From Candidatus Latescibacterota bacterium (lineage in GTDB: Bacteria > Latescibacterota > UBA2968 > UBA8231): a stretch of DNA of 64,000 nucleotides. Shown here one piece after another: positions 38,048-48,093 of this stretch; the stretch's first letter is position 1, and every line of letters begins with the position of its first letter. A program made the translations under genes and the position numbers. The DNA lies in contig OZ253462.1 of the NCBI GenBank assembly GCA_965261395.1, forward strand, positions 2,528,001 through 2,592,000, read 5' to 3'. The notes below the pieces were generated by a model. The model worked only from the letters and a program-made list of their open reading frames with translations. It searched no databases and was not told the origin of the DNA.

Positions 38048-40033
38048 ATGCCTGACCACAGCTACTTCGCTAACCTGATCTGGCAGATCGCCGACCTGCT
38101 GCGCGGTCCCTACCGCCCGCCGCAGTACGAGCGCGTCATGCTGCCTATGACCGTGCTGCGGAGGTTCGACTGCGTGCTTGCTCCGAGCAAGCCCGAAGTC
38201 TTGGCCGAGTACAGCCGCTGGGGCGGGAGACTCGACGGCGAAGCGCTCGACGTTAGGCTGAACAGGGCTGCCGGTCAGCGCTTTCACAACCACTCGCCGC
38301 TCGATTTCGAGAAGCTCAAGGGCGATCCAGATAACATCGCCCGGCACCTCGTCAGTTACATCCAAGGCTTTTCGGCCAACGTGCGCCGCATCTTCGAGTA
38401 CTTCGAGTTTGAGACTGAGATCGAGAAGATGCAGGAGTCGAATATCCTCTACCTCGTCGTCTCAAAGTTCTGCGATGTAGATCTACACCCCGATAGAGTT
38501 CCGAACGAGCAAATGGGTCTTCTCTTCGAGAACCTCATCCGCCGCTTCAACGAGTTGGCGAACGAGACTGCAGGCGACCACTTCACGCCGCGCGAGGTCA
38601 TCCGGCTAATGGTGAGCATCCTCTTCATTCACGACGACGAACTGCTCGCCACGCCCGGCACCGTGCGTAAGCTCCTCGACCCCGCTTGTGGCACCGGCGG
38701 CATGTTGGCCGAGGCGCAAAATTACCTGCGAGATCTCCACGCCGCTGCCCGGCTCTACGTCTATGGGCAGGACTATAACAACCGCGCCTTTGCCACCGCA
38801 GCCTCCGACATGTTGATGAAGCAGGTTGATCACAACGGCGGCGGAGACAGCATCCGCTTCGGAGACAGCCTTACAGGGGATCAATTCGAGGGTGAGACCT
38901 TCGACTACTTCCTCACCAATCCGCCCTTCGGCGTGGACTGGAAGAGGCAGAAGAATGAGATCCAGAGGGAACACGACAAGCTCGGATTCGAGGGCCGCTT
39001 CGGCGCTGGACTCCCGCGAGTGAATGACGGCTCGCTGCTTTTCTTACAGCATATGACCCACAAGTTTGAGCCAGTACGCCCAGACGAGCACAAGCACGGC
39101 TCGCGCTTGGCCATCGTATTCAGTGGCTCGCCGCTCTTTACCGGCGGTGCTGGCTCCGGCGAGAGCGACATTCGCAAGTGGATCATCGAAAACGATTGGC
39201 TTGAAGCCATCATCGCCTTGCCGGAACAGATGTTCTACAACACCGGCATCGGCACCTACGTATGGATCGTCACCAACCGCAAAGAGAAGCGGCGGCAGGG
39301 GAAAATCCAGCTTCTTGATGCCCGCGACTTGTGGACCGCGGGCGGGAGTGAAGACAACAAGCGCAGCCTTGGCGATAAGCGCCGCCACATCGCCGCAGAG
39401 CAGATTGAGGAGATCGTGCAGCTATATGGCCGCTTTGAGGACGGCGAGCGCTCCAAGCTCTTCGACAACGCTGACTTCGGCTACACACGCGTGACCGTGG
39501 AGCAACCTCTGCGCTTGCGCTACCAGATGACCATAGAAGACAAGTCCCGCTTTCTCGATGCCTGCCCGTACCTGCTCGACGACGTGCAGGCCATCGACAA
39601 GGCGTTGGGACGCGAGCCGAAGTACGACTGGAATGCGACATGGGAGAGCATTGCCGATCTCCTGCATGAGCACCAATCGCGCTGGAAGAAGGTAGAACAG
39701 AGGCTCTTCCGAGATGTCTTCACCGAGAAGGATCCGCAAGCCGAGCGGGTCAGGAAAGATGGCCGGGAGAAAGGCTACGAGCCTGACACCGCGCTGCGCG
39801 ACTTCGAGAACGTGCCGCTTAAAGACAACATTGACGCCTACTTCGAGCGCGAGGTAGCACCCCACCTTCCCGACGCTTGGATGGACCGCGACAAGGACAA
39901 GGTCGGTTACGAGATCAACTTCAACCGCCATTTCTATAAGTACACGCCGCCGCGCCCGCTGGAAGAGATTGACGCAGATCTGAAGAAGGCGGAGAAAACG
40001 ATCTTGCGGCTGTTGAAGGAGGTGACGGAGTGA
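38048..40033 (+). CDS. hsdM: Type I R-M methyltransferase subunit (N6-adenine)
   Basis: IWQIADLLRG, GDHFTPREVI, LDPACGTGG, NPPF. Confidence 0.96.
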   Translation: MPDHSYFANLIWQIADLLRGPYRPPQYERVMLPMTVLRRFDCVLAPSKPEVLAEYSRWGGRLDGEALDVRLNRAAGQRFHNHSPLDFEKLKGDPDNIARHLVSYIQGFSANVRRIFEYFEFETEIEKMQESNILYLVVSKFCDVDLHPDRVPNEQMGLLFENLIRRFNELANETAGDHFTPREVIRLMVSILFIHDDELLATPGTVRKLLDPACGTGGMLAEAQNYLRDLHAAARLYVYGQDYNNRAFATAASDMLMKQVDHNGGGDSIRFGDSLTGDQFEGETFDYFLTNPPFGVDWKRQKNEIQREHDKLGFEGRFGAGLPRVNDGSLLFLQHMTHKFEPVRPDEHKHGSRLAIVFSGSPLFTGGAGSGESDIRKWIIENDWLEAIIALPEQMFYNTGIGTYVWIVTNRKEKRRQGKIQLLDARDLWTAGGSEDNKRSLGDKRRHIAAEQIEEIVQLYGRFEDGERSKLFDNADFGYTRVTVEQPLRLRYQMTIEDKSRFLDACPYLLDDVQAIDKALGREPKYDWNATWESIADLLHEHQSRWKKVEQRLFRDVFTEKDPQAERVRKDGREKGYEPDTALRDFENVPLKDNIDAYFEREVAPHLPDAWMDRDKDKVGYEINFNRHFYKYTPPRPLEEIDADLKKAEKTILRLLKEVTE

Positions 40034-41295
40034 CTAGACGGGTAGCATCCCTGTTCCCGGCCAAGCGTTTGAAACATGTCGTATCGCTGCGGCGGTCGCG
40101 CGTCGATGGAAATGAGGACGACAGGCCGTACGTCGGGCTAGAAAACATCGAGTCGTGGACCGGAAAACTTCTTGGTAACTCGGCGGCGACTGACGAGGCC
40201 CGTTCGGCCATTATGGTAGAAGGCACATCGCTTAGCAACACCTTTGAACCCGGTGATGTGCTCTTAGGAAAACTACGTCCGTATCTCGCAAAGGTCTGGG
40301 TCGCGGAGTTTCCGGGCCGGTCTACTACCGAACTCCTTGTCATGCATCCGGTGGAGATCGAGCCGCGCTTTCTTCGGTACGTTTGTCTTTGGCGTGACTT
40401 CGTCGATGCGGTAGACGCTTCGACGTTTGGCTCAAAGATGCCAAGGGCCGATTGGGACTTCATCGGGAACATGTCCGTTCCAATTCCAGAGTGGAGCAAG
40501 CAACGCGCCATCGCCGACTATCTCGACCGCGAGACGGCACGGCTGGATGCACTGGTAGGGGAAGAGGAACGGCTACTCGGACTGTTGGCCGAAAAGCGCA
40601 GTGCGCTCATCACCTGCGCCGTCACCCGTGGCCTCAACCCAAACGTCCCGCTCCGCGACTCCGGCATTCCTTGGCTTGGCGAAATTCCAGCGCATTGGGA
40701 AACTGAACGCGCAAGATGGTTGTTCAGGGAACGCGATGAACGTTCCGATACGGGAGAAGAAGATCTCCTCACTGTGTCGCACCTCACTGGCGTGACTCTT
40801 CGTTCAGAGAAGGAAGTCAACATGTTCGAGGCGGCGACAAAAGAGGGATACAAAATCTGCCTCTCAGGCGATCTCGTAATCAATACGATGTGGGCATGGA
40901 TGGGTGCGATGGGTGTGTCGTCCTTAGACGGTATCGTTAGTCCGGCCTATAACGTCTATGAGCCTAGAGCGCGTCTTGATCCGAGTTATGTCGATGCCTT
41001 GGTGCGTTTGCCAGCGTTCGCTCAAGAGGTAACGCGATACTCAAAGGGTGTATGGTCATCCCGGTTGCGCCTCTATCCAGAAGGCTTCTTCGCGGTCTCA
41101 CTCCCTGTACCCCCGCTCAGCGAGCAGCGCGAGATCGTTGCCCACATAGCGAATGAAACATGCAAGTTAGACGGGCTGCGCGACGCGACGAAAAGGACCA
41201 CGGTGTTGCTCAAAGAGCGTCGAGCAGCGCTCATCTCAGCGGCAGTTACAGGTCAGATCAACATGGAGCAAGTGGCATGGAAATCACCTCGCTGA
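40030..41295 (+). CDS. hsdS: Type I R-M specificity subunit
   Basis: Two TRDs with conserved repeats PIPEWSKQRAIADYLD and PVPPLSEQREIVAHI; DSGIPWLGEIPAHW; ALISAAVTGQI. Confidence 0.95.
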   Translation: MTRRVASLFPAKRLKHVVSLRRSRVDGNEDDRPYVGLENIESWTGKLLGNSAATDEARSAIMVEGTSLSNTFEPGDVLLGKLRPYLAKVWVAEFPGRSTTELLVMHPVEIEPRFLRYVCLWRDFVDAVDASTFGSKMPRADWDFIGNMSVPIPEWSKQRAIADYLDRETARLDALVGEEERLLGLLAEKRSALITCAVTRGLNPNVPLRDSGIPWLGEIPAHWETERARWLFRERDERSDTGEEDLLTVSHLTGVTLRSEKEVNMFEAATKEGYKICLSGDLVINTMWAWMGAMGVSSLDGIVSPAYNVYEPRARLDPSYVDALVRLPAFAQEVTRYSKGVWSSRLRLYPEGFFAVSLPVPPLSEQREIVAHIANETCKLDGLRDATKRTTVLLKERRAALISAAVTGQINMEQVAWKSPR

Positions 41296-42605
41296 AACTC
41301 GCCAACATCCGTTCAATTGAGACGGCTGAGTTTCGATTCCAGCCGGGATTCAACTTGATCGCCGGAGTGAACGGTGTCGGGAAGAGTACCGTTTTGGATG
41401 CCTTGCGCTTCTGTCTATCTCAGATTCTCACCTTGACGACCCAGTCTCGCGCCAAGGCGCTATCCTTTGACAAAAGAGACATACGTAGTGGCTTCCCTCT
41501 CCTAGATGCAGAACTATCGTTGACCATTGGTGGTGAAAATCTCCGTTTCACGCGACGCCAGTGGAGGGAGGAGTTCGCTGTGGATGACGACGAAAATCTC
41601 AAGAAGCTTCGACGGAAGATTCTGGAGTCAGAACGGCTGCGTGACCGGGCGCGCAATCTTCTTCGTGAACTTGAGGCGTCTCACGGGGTTCATGACTCTA
41701 ATTCCTTCGTGCCATCAGAGGCTCGCTTCCTGATCGCCGCCCGCATCGCTGAGGTAGCTCCCAACTGCGTCTTCTTCTCCCCCAATCGGTCCGTGATCTC
41801 TTCTGCTAGTACAGCCAAGTCGAGAGCAGCGGGAGGTAAGGCCGCGGCCTACGCTGAGGCCCTTGTTCCGCGACCGATGTACGTCGCTCAATTTGCCCAC
41901 TGGATGCGAGTGCAGGAGGCTCTTGCCAAGGAACAGAACACAGCAGAACGACACCTACAGGCGCTGCGATCGGCGGTCTACGAATTCCTGCCAACTTATG
42001 AGAACCTTCGTCCGGCTGATGAGGCTGATAAAAAATCATCGTACCTGATGATAAACCAGGGCAGGATTGAGCTTGACGTAGAACAGTTGTCGGACGGCGA
42101 GCGAGGCGTGTTAGCCTTGGTCCTCGACCTCGCTCGACGGCTATCCCAAGCAAATCCATCACTCGATAATCCACTGAGCGAAGGTCATGCGGTCGTCCTG
42201 ATCGACGAAATTGACCTGCATCTGCACCCGAAGTGGCAGCGGCAGATCGTCCACAACCTGACCACCACTTTCCCGAAATGCCAGTTCATCGCGACGACTC
42301 ACTCACCGCAGGTCGTGGCGTCCGTCGAGCCCGATCAGGTTCACCTTTTGGCTCCTGTTGGAATCATCCATCCGGACCGCAGCCTTGGGATGGATTCAAA
42401 CTGGATCCTACGCCACCTCATGGAGGCCGATGACCGACCCGAGGCTGCTATGGCAGCCATTCAATCTGTTGAAAGCTTGATTGAGGAAGGAACCTTCGAG
42501 GAAGCGCACGCCGCGATCTCAGAGGCTAGGAAGAACGGGCTTGATCTACCAGAGTGGTCCGTTCTTGAAACGCGCATAGCTCGACTGGAGATTTTGGCCG
42601 AATGA
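41277..42605 (+). CDS. PtuA-like ABC/AAA ATPase (Septu/retron-effector type)
   Basis: GVNGVGKS, LSDGE, VLIDEIDLHLHPKWQ, TTHSPQ. Confidence 0.88.
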   Translation: MEITSLKLANIRSIETAEFRFQPGFNLIAGVNGVGKSTVLDALRFCLSQILTLTTQSRAKALSFDKRDIRSGFPLLDAELSLTIGGENLRFTRRQWREEFAVDDDENLKKLRRKILESERLRDRARNLLRELEASHGVHDSNSFVPSEARFLIAARIAEVAPNCVFFSPNRSVISSASTAKSRAAGGKAAAYAEALVPRPMYVAQFAHWMRVQEALAKEQNTAERHLQALRSAVYEFLPTYENLRPADEADKKSSYLMINQGRIELDVEQLSDGERGVLALVLDLARRLSQANPSLDNPLSEGHAVVLIDEIDLHLHPKWQRQIVHNLTTTFPKCQFIATTHSPQVVASVEPDQVHLLAPVGIIHPDRSLGMDSNWILRHLMEADDRPEAAMAAIQSVESLIEEGTFEEAHAAISEARKNGLDLPEWSVLETRIARLEILAE

Positions 42606-43312
42606 AGTACATCCAGAAGACCGGATGCCCGCACTCTTATTCCGAGTGGTGCGCTGCAGTTGCGGGAACGAATAAGTCTGATTGGCGTGAGGTGCCTTCG
42701 GCCCAGAAGGAGCTAATATTGGCGGCTATGATTGCAGATCAAGGCGGGTTGTGTGCCTATACGATGCGTCGAATCTACAATAATTCATCGCATGTGGAGC
42801 ATATCAAGCCACAGAGTCGCTGCCGGCAGGACCTGCGTGGGTCTGACTTGGACTACACCAATTTGGTCGCGTGTTTCCCACAACACGGTATGAAGGCACC
42901 GTATCGCTATGGCGCACAATTTAAGGGTAATTGGTGGGAGAACGATGGCACCGAATTCGTGTCTCCGCTTCAGCCTGCTTGCGAACAGGTCTTTCGATTC
43001 AAGCTTGATGGTGAGATTGAGGCAATCGACAATCGAACCGAAGCCAGAACCACGATTGACGTCCTCGGTCTCGATCACAGGAGTCTTACCGAGGATCGAA
43101 AGCGCGTCATTGAGGAGTTCATCTACGGGCGGACGAGGGATAACCCAATATCTTATACCGCCGCGCAGCGTGCACGAGACAAGATTTGCGATCGTAACGG
43201 GAATAGTCGCTTCCACGAGTTCTGCGTTGCAATACGAGCAGCTCTAGAAGAGCATATGGCAGCCCTCACGAAACTCCGTCAGCGCAGGAGATACGCGCGG
43301 AGGAACAGATAA
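42602..43312 (+). CDS. PtuB-like HNH endonuclease (TIGR02646-like)
   Basis: [13 protein letters not shown]...HVEHIKPQS...LDYTNLVAC; ATGA coupling to the ATPase. Confidence 0.85.
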   Translation: MKYIQKTGCPHSYSEWCAAVAGTNKSDWREVPSAQKELILAAMIADQGGLCAYTMRRIYNNSSHVEHIKPQSRCRQDLRGSDLDYTNLVACFPQHGMKAPYRYGAQFKGNWWENDGTEFVSPLQPACEQVFRFKLDGEIEAIDNRTEARTTIDVLGLDHRSLTEDRKRVIEEFIYGRTRDNPISYTAAQRARDKICDRNGNSRFHEFCVAIRAALEEHMAALTKLRQRRRYARRNR

Positions 43313-43313
43313 C

Positions 43314-46300
43314 TTGCCGAGTGACGACAGGCATTCCGAAGCCGCCTTCGAGACCGTCATCGAAGCGCACCTACTCCAGAACGGGTACGTCTCTGTTGCT
43401 GGAGACGGCTTCGACCGCGACCGCGCGATCTTCCCCGATACCATCCTCGCGTTCATCCGCGAAACCCAGCCCGTAGAATGGGCCAAGCTAGAAGCGCTCC
43501 ACGGCGACCAAACCGGCGAGCAGATTCTCACGGACCTGTGCAAGTGGATGGACGCCAACGGCTCGCTCGCAACCCTGCGCCACGGTTTCAAGTGCTATGG
43601 GCGGATGCTCCACGCGGCGTTCTTCAAGGCAGCCCACGAACTGAACCCAGAGCTCGAAGCCCGCTACGCAGCTAACCGACTCGGACTCACCCGCCAGCTC
43701 CGTTTCTCCCCTCAGTCGGAGAAATCGCTCGACGTAACCCTAAGCCTGAACGGCATCCCCATCGCCACGGTGGAGCTCAAAAACCCACTCACCGGGCAAA
43801 CGGTAGAGGATGCGATCCACCAGTACCGGCACGACCGCGACGCACGCGAGCCGATCTTTGAGTTCAAACGCCGCACGCTCGTCCATTTCGCCGTCGATAC
43901 TGAATGCGTGCGTATGACCACGCGCCTAGCCGGCGACGCGACCTACTTCCTGCCCTTCGACAAGGGATGTGAAGGCGGTGCCGGGAATCCGCACGCTCCG
44001 GCAGGCCGTAGCTACCGGACGGCCTACCTTTGGGAGGAAGTACTCGCCCGGGACAGCCTGCTCGATGTGCTCGCCCGGTTCATCCACTTACAGACCGAAG
44101 AGAAGCGCGACGATCGTGGCCGCAAGGTGAAGGCCGAAACGATGATCTTCCCGCGCTACCACCAGCTCGATGCCGTCCGGCTGCTGGTGCAGAAGGCTCG
44201 CTGCGAGGGCGTCGGCAACAACTACCTCATTGAGCATTCGGCGGGCAGCGGCAAAAGCAACACGATAGGCTGGCTCGCGCACCGCATTGCTTCCTTGCAC
44301 AACGAGGCAAACGAGCGCGTCTTCGATAGCGTGATCGTGGTGACCGATCGCGTCGTGCTGGACCAGCAACTGCAAGACACGATCTACCAGTTCGAGCACA
44401 AGCTCGGCGTCGTGCAGAAGATCGACGAGCGTTCCCGACAGCTTGCCGAGGCTCTGGAGAACGCCGTCCCAATTATCATCACCACGCTACAGAAGTTCCC
44501 CTTTGTGTCGCGGCAGTTACTCAAGATGGCCGAAGAGCAAGGCGTTGAGGGGACAGGCGTACTTCCTACCCGACGCTGCGCCGTCATCATAGACGAAGCG
44601 CACAGCTCGCAGGGAGGAGAGACGGCGACGGATCTCAAGGAGGTCCTCGGAGGTAAAGAACTGCTGGAAGAGGCTCGGAAACGTGCGGAGGAGGAAGGCC
44701 GTGAGGACCAGGAGGAACTGTTTCGCAGCATGGCCAAGCGCGGCCGGCAGGCGAACCTGAGTTTCTTCGCCTTCACAGCCACGCCCAAACACAAGACGCT
44801 TGCCGTGTTCGGCCGAGACGGAGAGCCGGGCCATCGCTACACAATGCGGCAGGCAATCGAGGAAGGATTCATTCTCGACGTGCTCAAGCACTACACCACG
44901 TACTCGACCTACTTCAAACTGCTTAAGGCGTGCCAGGATGATCCAAACGTCGAGCGGAAGAAAGCAGCGCTGGCGCTGGCGCGCTTTCTGCGCCTGCACC
45001 CCCACAACATCGCGCAGAAGACCGAAGTGATGGTCGAGCACTTCCACGCCGTCACGCGCCACAAGATCGGTGGTCGCGCCAAAGCGATGGTCGTCACCAG
45101 CTCCCGGCTGGAAGCGGTGCGATACAAGCAGAGCTTTGATCGTTACATCCAAAAGAAGCAATACGCAATCAAAACACTAGTAGCCTTCTCGGGAGAAGTT
45201 CGAGACGACCAGCTTCCGAACGAGTCTTACACCGAGGAGAAGATGAACCTAGGCATCCGGGAGAAGGAGCTTCCGGAGAAGTTCGCGACCCCAGAGTATC
45301 AGGTGCTGCTCGTCGCGGAGAAATACCAGACCGGGTTCGATCAGCCGCTCCTACACACGATGTACGTGGACAAGCGGCTCGCCGGCATCCAAGCAGTCCA
45401 GACGCTCTCCCGCCTGAACCGCACCCACCGGCTCAAGGAGGACACTTTCGTTCTCGACTTTGTAAACGACCCTGAAGAAATCCGCGAGGCATTTAAGGTC
45501 TATTACGAAGGGGCAGAGATGGGAGCGGAGGTCGATCCCGCCCGAATGTACGCGGTCAAAGGGGAACTCGACGCGGCCGGGATCTATCTCGATGAAGAAG
45601 TTGAGCGGTTCTGTGAAGTTTACTTCAAGCCAAAACAGCGTCAGAGCGTCCAAGATCACCAAGCGATGCACGCCGCGCTCGGTCCTGCGGTGTCGCGCTT
45701 TAGAGCCCTGCAGAAAGATGACGAGGACGAAGCAGAACTCTGGCGCGGAAAGGTCCAAGCCTTTCGCAATCTCTACGGCTTCCTGAGCCAAGTCATCCCG
45801 TACCAGGATTCGGACCTTGAACGCCTGTACGTATTCCTGCGTCATCTGGCGGCAAAGCTACCACGGCGGCAGAGCGGTCCCGCCTATCAGTTCGATGACG
45901 AGGTGCGGCTTGAGTACTACCGCCTACAGAAGATCAGTGAAGGCTCGATCTCCCTCGCGGGGGGTGACGCACACGTCCTGGATGGGCCGACCGAAGTTGG
46001 CAGCGGCGCTGTACATGAAGAGTCGGTGCCGCTTTCGCAGCTCATTGACGTTGTCAACGAACGCTTCGGTACCGACTTCAATCAGGCCGACCAGCTCTTT
46101 TTCGATCAGATCGTCGAGGCGGCCATGAGCGACGATGGACTGCGCCAAGCAGCCGCAGTGAACCCAGAGGACAAGTTCGAGTTGGTGTTCAGGAATCTTC
46201 TGGAACGACTCTTCGTTGAGCGCATGGACCAGAACGAGGAGATTTTCGTCCGCTACATGAACGACCAGCCGTTCCAACAGTTGGTGAGCGAGTGGCTGGC

Positions 46301-46871
46301 GTCTCAGGCGTACCAGCGACTCCGAGATGGGGATGAGGTCTCAGCCACCACTCAACTTGACGCGGCCCAGTCTCCTACTTTGCGCATCGTCGCCCCCAAG
46401 CCCGACGAGCGTTACGTCACCTGCGTGCCGCTCGTGCCGCTTGCTATCGCGGCCGGCGAGTTCGGCAATCCTCAGAACGTGGCAGCCGAGGAGGACTGGG
46501 AGTGGGTCGAGGTGGATTCTGCACACCGCTTGCGACCGGGGATGTTCGTCGCACAGATCGTGGGCCGCTCAATGGAACCCGCGGTCCCCGACGGAGCACA
46601 TGGTTTATTCCGCGCCCCCGTAGAGGGCACACGCCAAGGTAAGACGGTATTGGTTCAACTTCAAGACGCTATCGACCCCGAGACCGGGGCGAGGTACACC
46701 CTCAAGCGATACGAGAGTAAGAAGATCCAAGACGGTGACTCATGGCAGCACGCCAAGATCACACTGAAGCCGACCAATCCCGAGTTCGAGCCCATCGTCC
46801 TCACGTGCGCCGACGAGGGCGAGGTGGCAGTTGTGGCGGAACTGGTGGAGGTAATCGCTGCCAATGCCTGA
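43314..46871 (+). CDS. hsdR: Type I R-M restriction subunit with C-terminal S24 (LexA-like) peptidase domain
   Basis: D...[12 protein letters not shown] nuclease, [25 protein letters not shown]. Extra tail [11 protein letters not shown]...GRSMEP...YTLKR...[11 protein letters not shown]. Confidence 0.95.
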   Translation: MPSDDRHSEAAFETVIEAHLLQNGYVSVAGDGFDRDRAIFPDTILAFIRETQPVEWAKLEALHGDQTGEQILTDLCKWMDANGSLATLRHGFKCYGRMLHAAFFKAAHELNPELEARYAANRLGLTRQLRFSPQSEKSLDVTLSLNGIPIATVELKNPLTGQTVEDAIHQYRHDRDAREPIFEFKRRTLVHFAVDTECVRMTTRLAGDATYFLPFDKGCEGGAGNPHAPAGRSYRTAYLWEEVLARDSLLDVLARFIHLQTEEKRDDRGRKVKAETMIFPRYHQLDAVRLLVQKARCEGVGNNYLIEHSAGSGKSNTIGWLAHRIASLHNEANERVFDSVIVVTDRVVLDQQLQDTIYQFEHKLGVVQKIDERSRQLAEALENAVPIIITTLQKFPFVSRQLLKMAEEQGVEGTGVLPTRRCAVIIDEAHSSQGGETATDLKEVLGGKELLEEARKRAEEEGREDQEELFRSMAKRGRQANLSFFAFTATPKHKTLAVFGRDGEPGHRYTMRQAIEEGFILDVLKHYTTYSTYFKLLKACQDDPNVERKKAALALARFLRLHPHNIAQKTEVMVEHFHAVTRHKIGGRAKAMVVTSSRLEAVRYKQSFDRYIQKKQYAIKTLVAFSGEVRDDQLPNESYTEEKMNLGIREKELPEKFATPEYQVLLVAEKYQTGFDQPLLHTMYVDKRLAGIQAVQTLSRLNRTHRLKEDTFVLDFVNDPEEIREAFKVYYEGAEMGAEVDPARMYAVKGELDAAGIYLDEEVERFCEVYFKPKQRQSVQDHQAMHAALGPAVSRFRALQKDDEDEAELWRGKVQAFRNLYGFLSQVIPYQDSDLERLYVFLRHLAAKLPRRQSGPAYQFDDEVRLEYYRLQKISEGSISLAGGDAHVLDGPTEVGSGAVHEESVPLSQLIDVVNERFGTDFNQADQLFFDQIVEAAMSDDGLRQAAAVNPEDKFELVFRNLLERLFVERMDQNEEIFVRYMNDQPFQQLVSEWLASQAYQRLRDGDEVSATTQLDAAQSPTLRIVAPKPDERYVTCVPLVPLAIAAGEFGNPQNVAAEEDWEWVEVDSAHRLRPGMFVAQIVGRSMEPAVPDGAHGLFRAPVEGTRQGKTVLVQLQDAIDPETGARYTLKRYESKKIQDGDSWQHAKITLKPTNPEFEPIVLTCADEGEVAVVAELVEVIAANA

Positions 46872-46962
46872 CGCGATGCTCCTTGTTGTCCTTCGTCTCA
46901 CCTTCTGCATACTTCAGTGCATCGCGCAACCCGTCTATAATCTCGCCGCCGATCTCACTCAT
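46872..46962 (-). pseudogene. N-terminal stub of an HTH antitoxin/regulator (HigA2-like)
   Basis: GGAGGAG RBS, then [31 protein letters not shown] running into antisense hsdR. Confidence 0.5.
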
Positions 46963-47013
46963 GCTCTCCTCCATCGAATGCTTTCAATCTGACCGCGCCA
47001 CCCGCCCAAGCAA

Positions 47014-47925
47014 TCAGCGCGCATACCCATCCGGATTGTCCCGCCGCCAATTGGGCTGATAGCCTTCCTTGGCGTCAAAGCCATACGACGGCCCGATCTG
47101 GTTTGCAGACCGCCAAGGCCAAGCCTGGCCGCCGATGATGCGGAACTGATCGCCCTTACCACAGAGCCAGTAGAACATGTGGGCGTAGTATCGCGCCGTG
47201 CCGTGCCCGCCGTAATACGCGCTCTGGAAATCAAAATCTTCCTCGACGATCCAATCGCGCTGGGGAGGTGCCGTGCGCCAGTAATTGTATTTGAGCATCC
47301 GGCGCAGACCCTTGGCAGTGGACTTGCCGCGGCGGTGCATGATGCTCTGATGGTGAATCCCAATGGTGCCGGCCGGGCCGTCGCAAAACACGCCCCCTTC
47401 TTCGTTGTCGCGGCGACCAGGTTGGATGTGCGAGCCAGGCACCAACTCGGTCGGCCCCAGCTCCACGGGCGTGTCTTGGGGAAAGTAGAAGACCTCCAAA
47501 AAGCGTAGTTCCGGGCCATAGATGTGGTCGGCGTCTTGGTGCCAGCCTTGGGGTTCCATTGGGCATTCGACCCGGTGGTGGCTGGCTACGATCGGCAGGC
47601 CGATGTTGGGACCTAAAAGCGAGCGCATGGCACCGGCGAACTGGGGATTGAGCAGGACGTGCTCGATGAACCAATCCTCCAAGAAGATGGAACTCGGCTC
47701 GTGGGTAAAGCGGATGCGGTCGAGGTCGGCCTCGGTCAGGCCGGTGGGGATGTAGCTCGGGTTGGCTGGAATATCGCCATCGAGCCAAGCACAAGTGCGT
47801 TGGTTGATCTCGTCGGACACGACGCCTTTGAGCAAGAGATGGCCCTCGCGGCAGAATTCGAGGACTTGGGAATCAGTGAGCGTCGGCTCGCAGTCAAAGG
47901 TGCGTCGGCATGGGTTGTAGTGCAT
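47014..47925 (-). CDS. PhyH-family 2OG-Fe(II) oxygenase
   Basis: FCREGHL, GWHQD, GPTELVPGSH, MHRR. Confidence 0.85.
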   Translation of the reverse strand: MHYNPCRRTFDCEPTLTDSQVLEFCREGHLLLKGVVSDEINQRTCAWLDGDIPANPSYIPTGLTEADLDRIRFTHEPSSIFLEDWFIEHVLLNPQFAGAMRSLLGPNIGLPIVASHHRVECPMEPQGWHQDADHIYGPELRFLEVFYFPQDTPVELGPTELVPGSHIQPGRRDNEEGGVFCDGPAGTIGIHHQSIMHRRGKSTAKGLRRMLKYNYWRTAPPQRDWIVEEDFDFQSAYYGGHGTARYYAHMFYWLCGKGDQFRIIGGQAWPWRSANQIGPSYGFDAKEGYQPNWRRDNPDGYAR

Positions 47926-48093
47926 GCTCTCCTCCTCGATAATGGTTGTCTTTTTTGCCGCCTGTCCCTACGGGGTCGTTGGCATATATGCGCTAGCGCC
48001 TACAAGCTATCCAAATCCCGTCCATCCTGTCCATAGGTCGCTCGCGCTATAAATAGTTATACTTTTGCTCGGCAAAATTAAACGGAGTACATC

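Noticed and set aside
41277-43312. Retron system
   Set aside because: The effector pair is retron-like, but there is no reverse transcriptase ORF and no intergenic room for msr-msd in the window.
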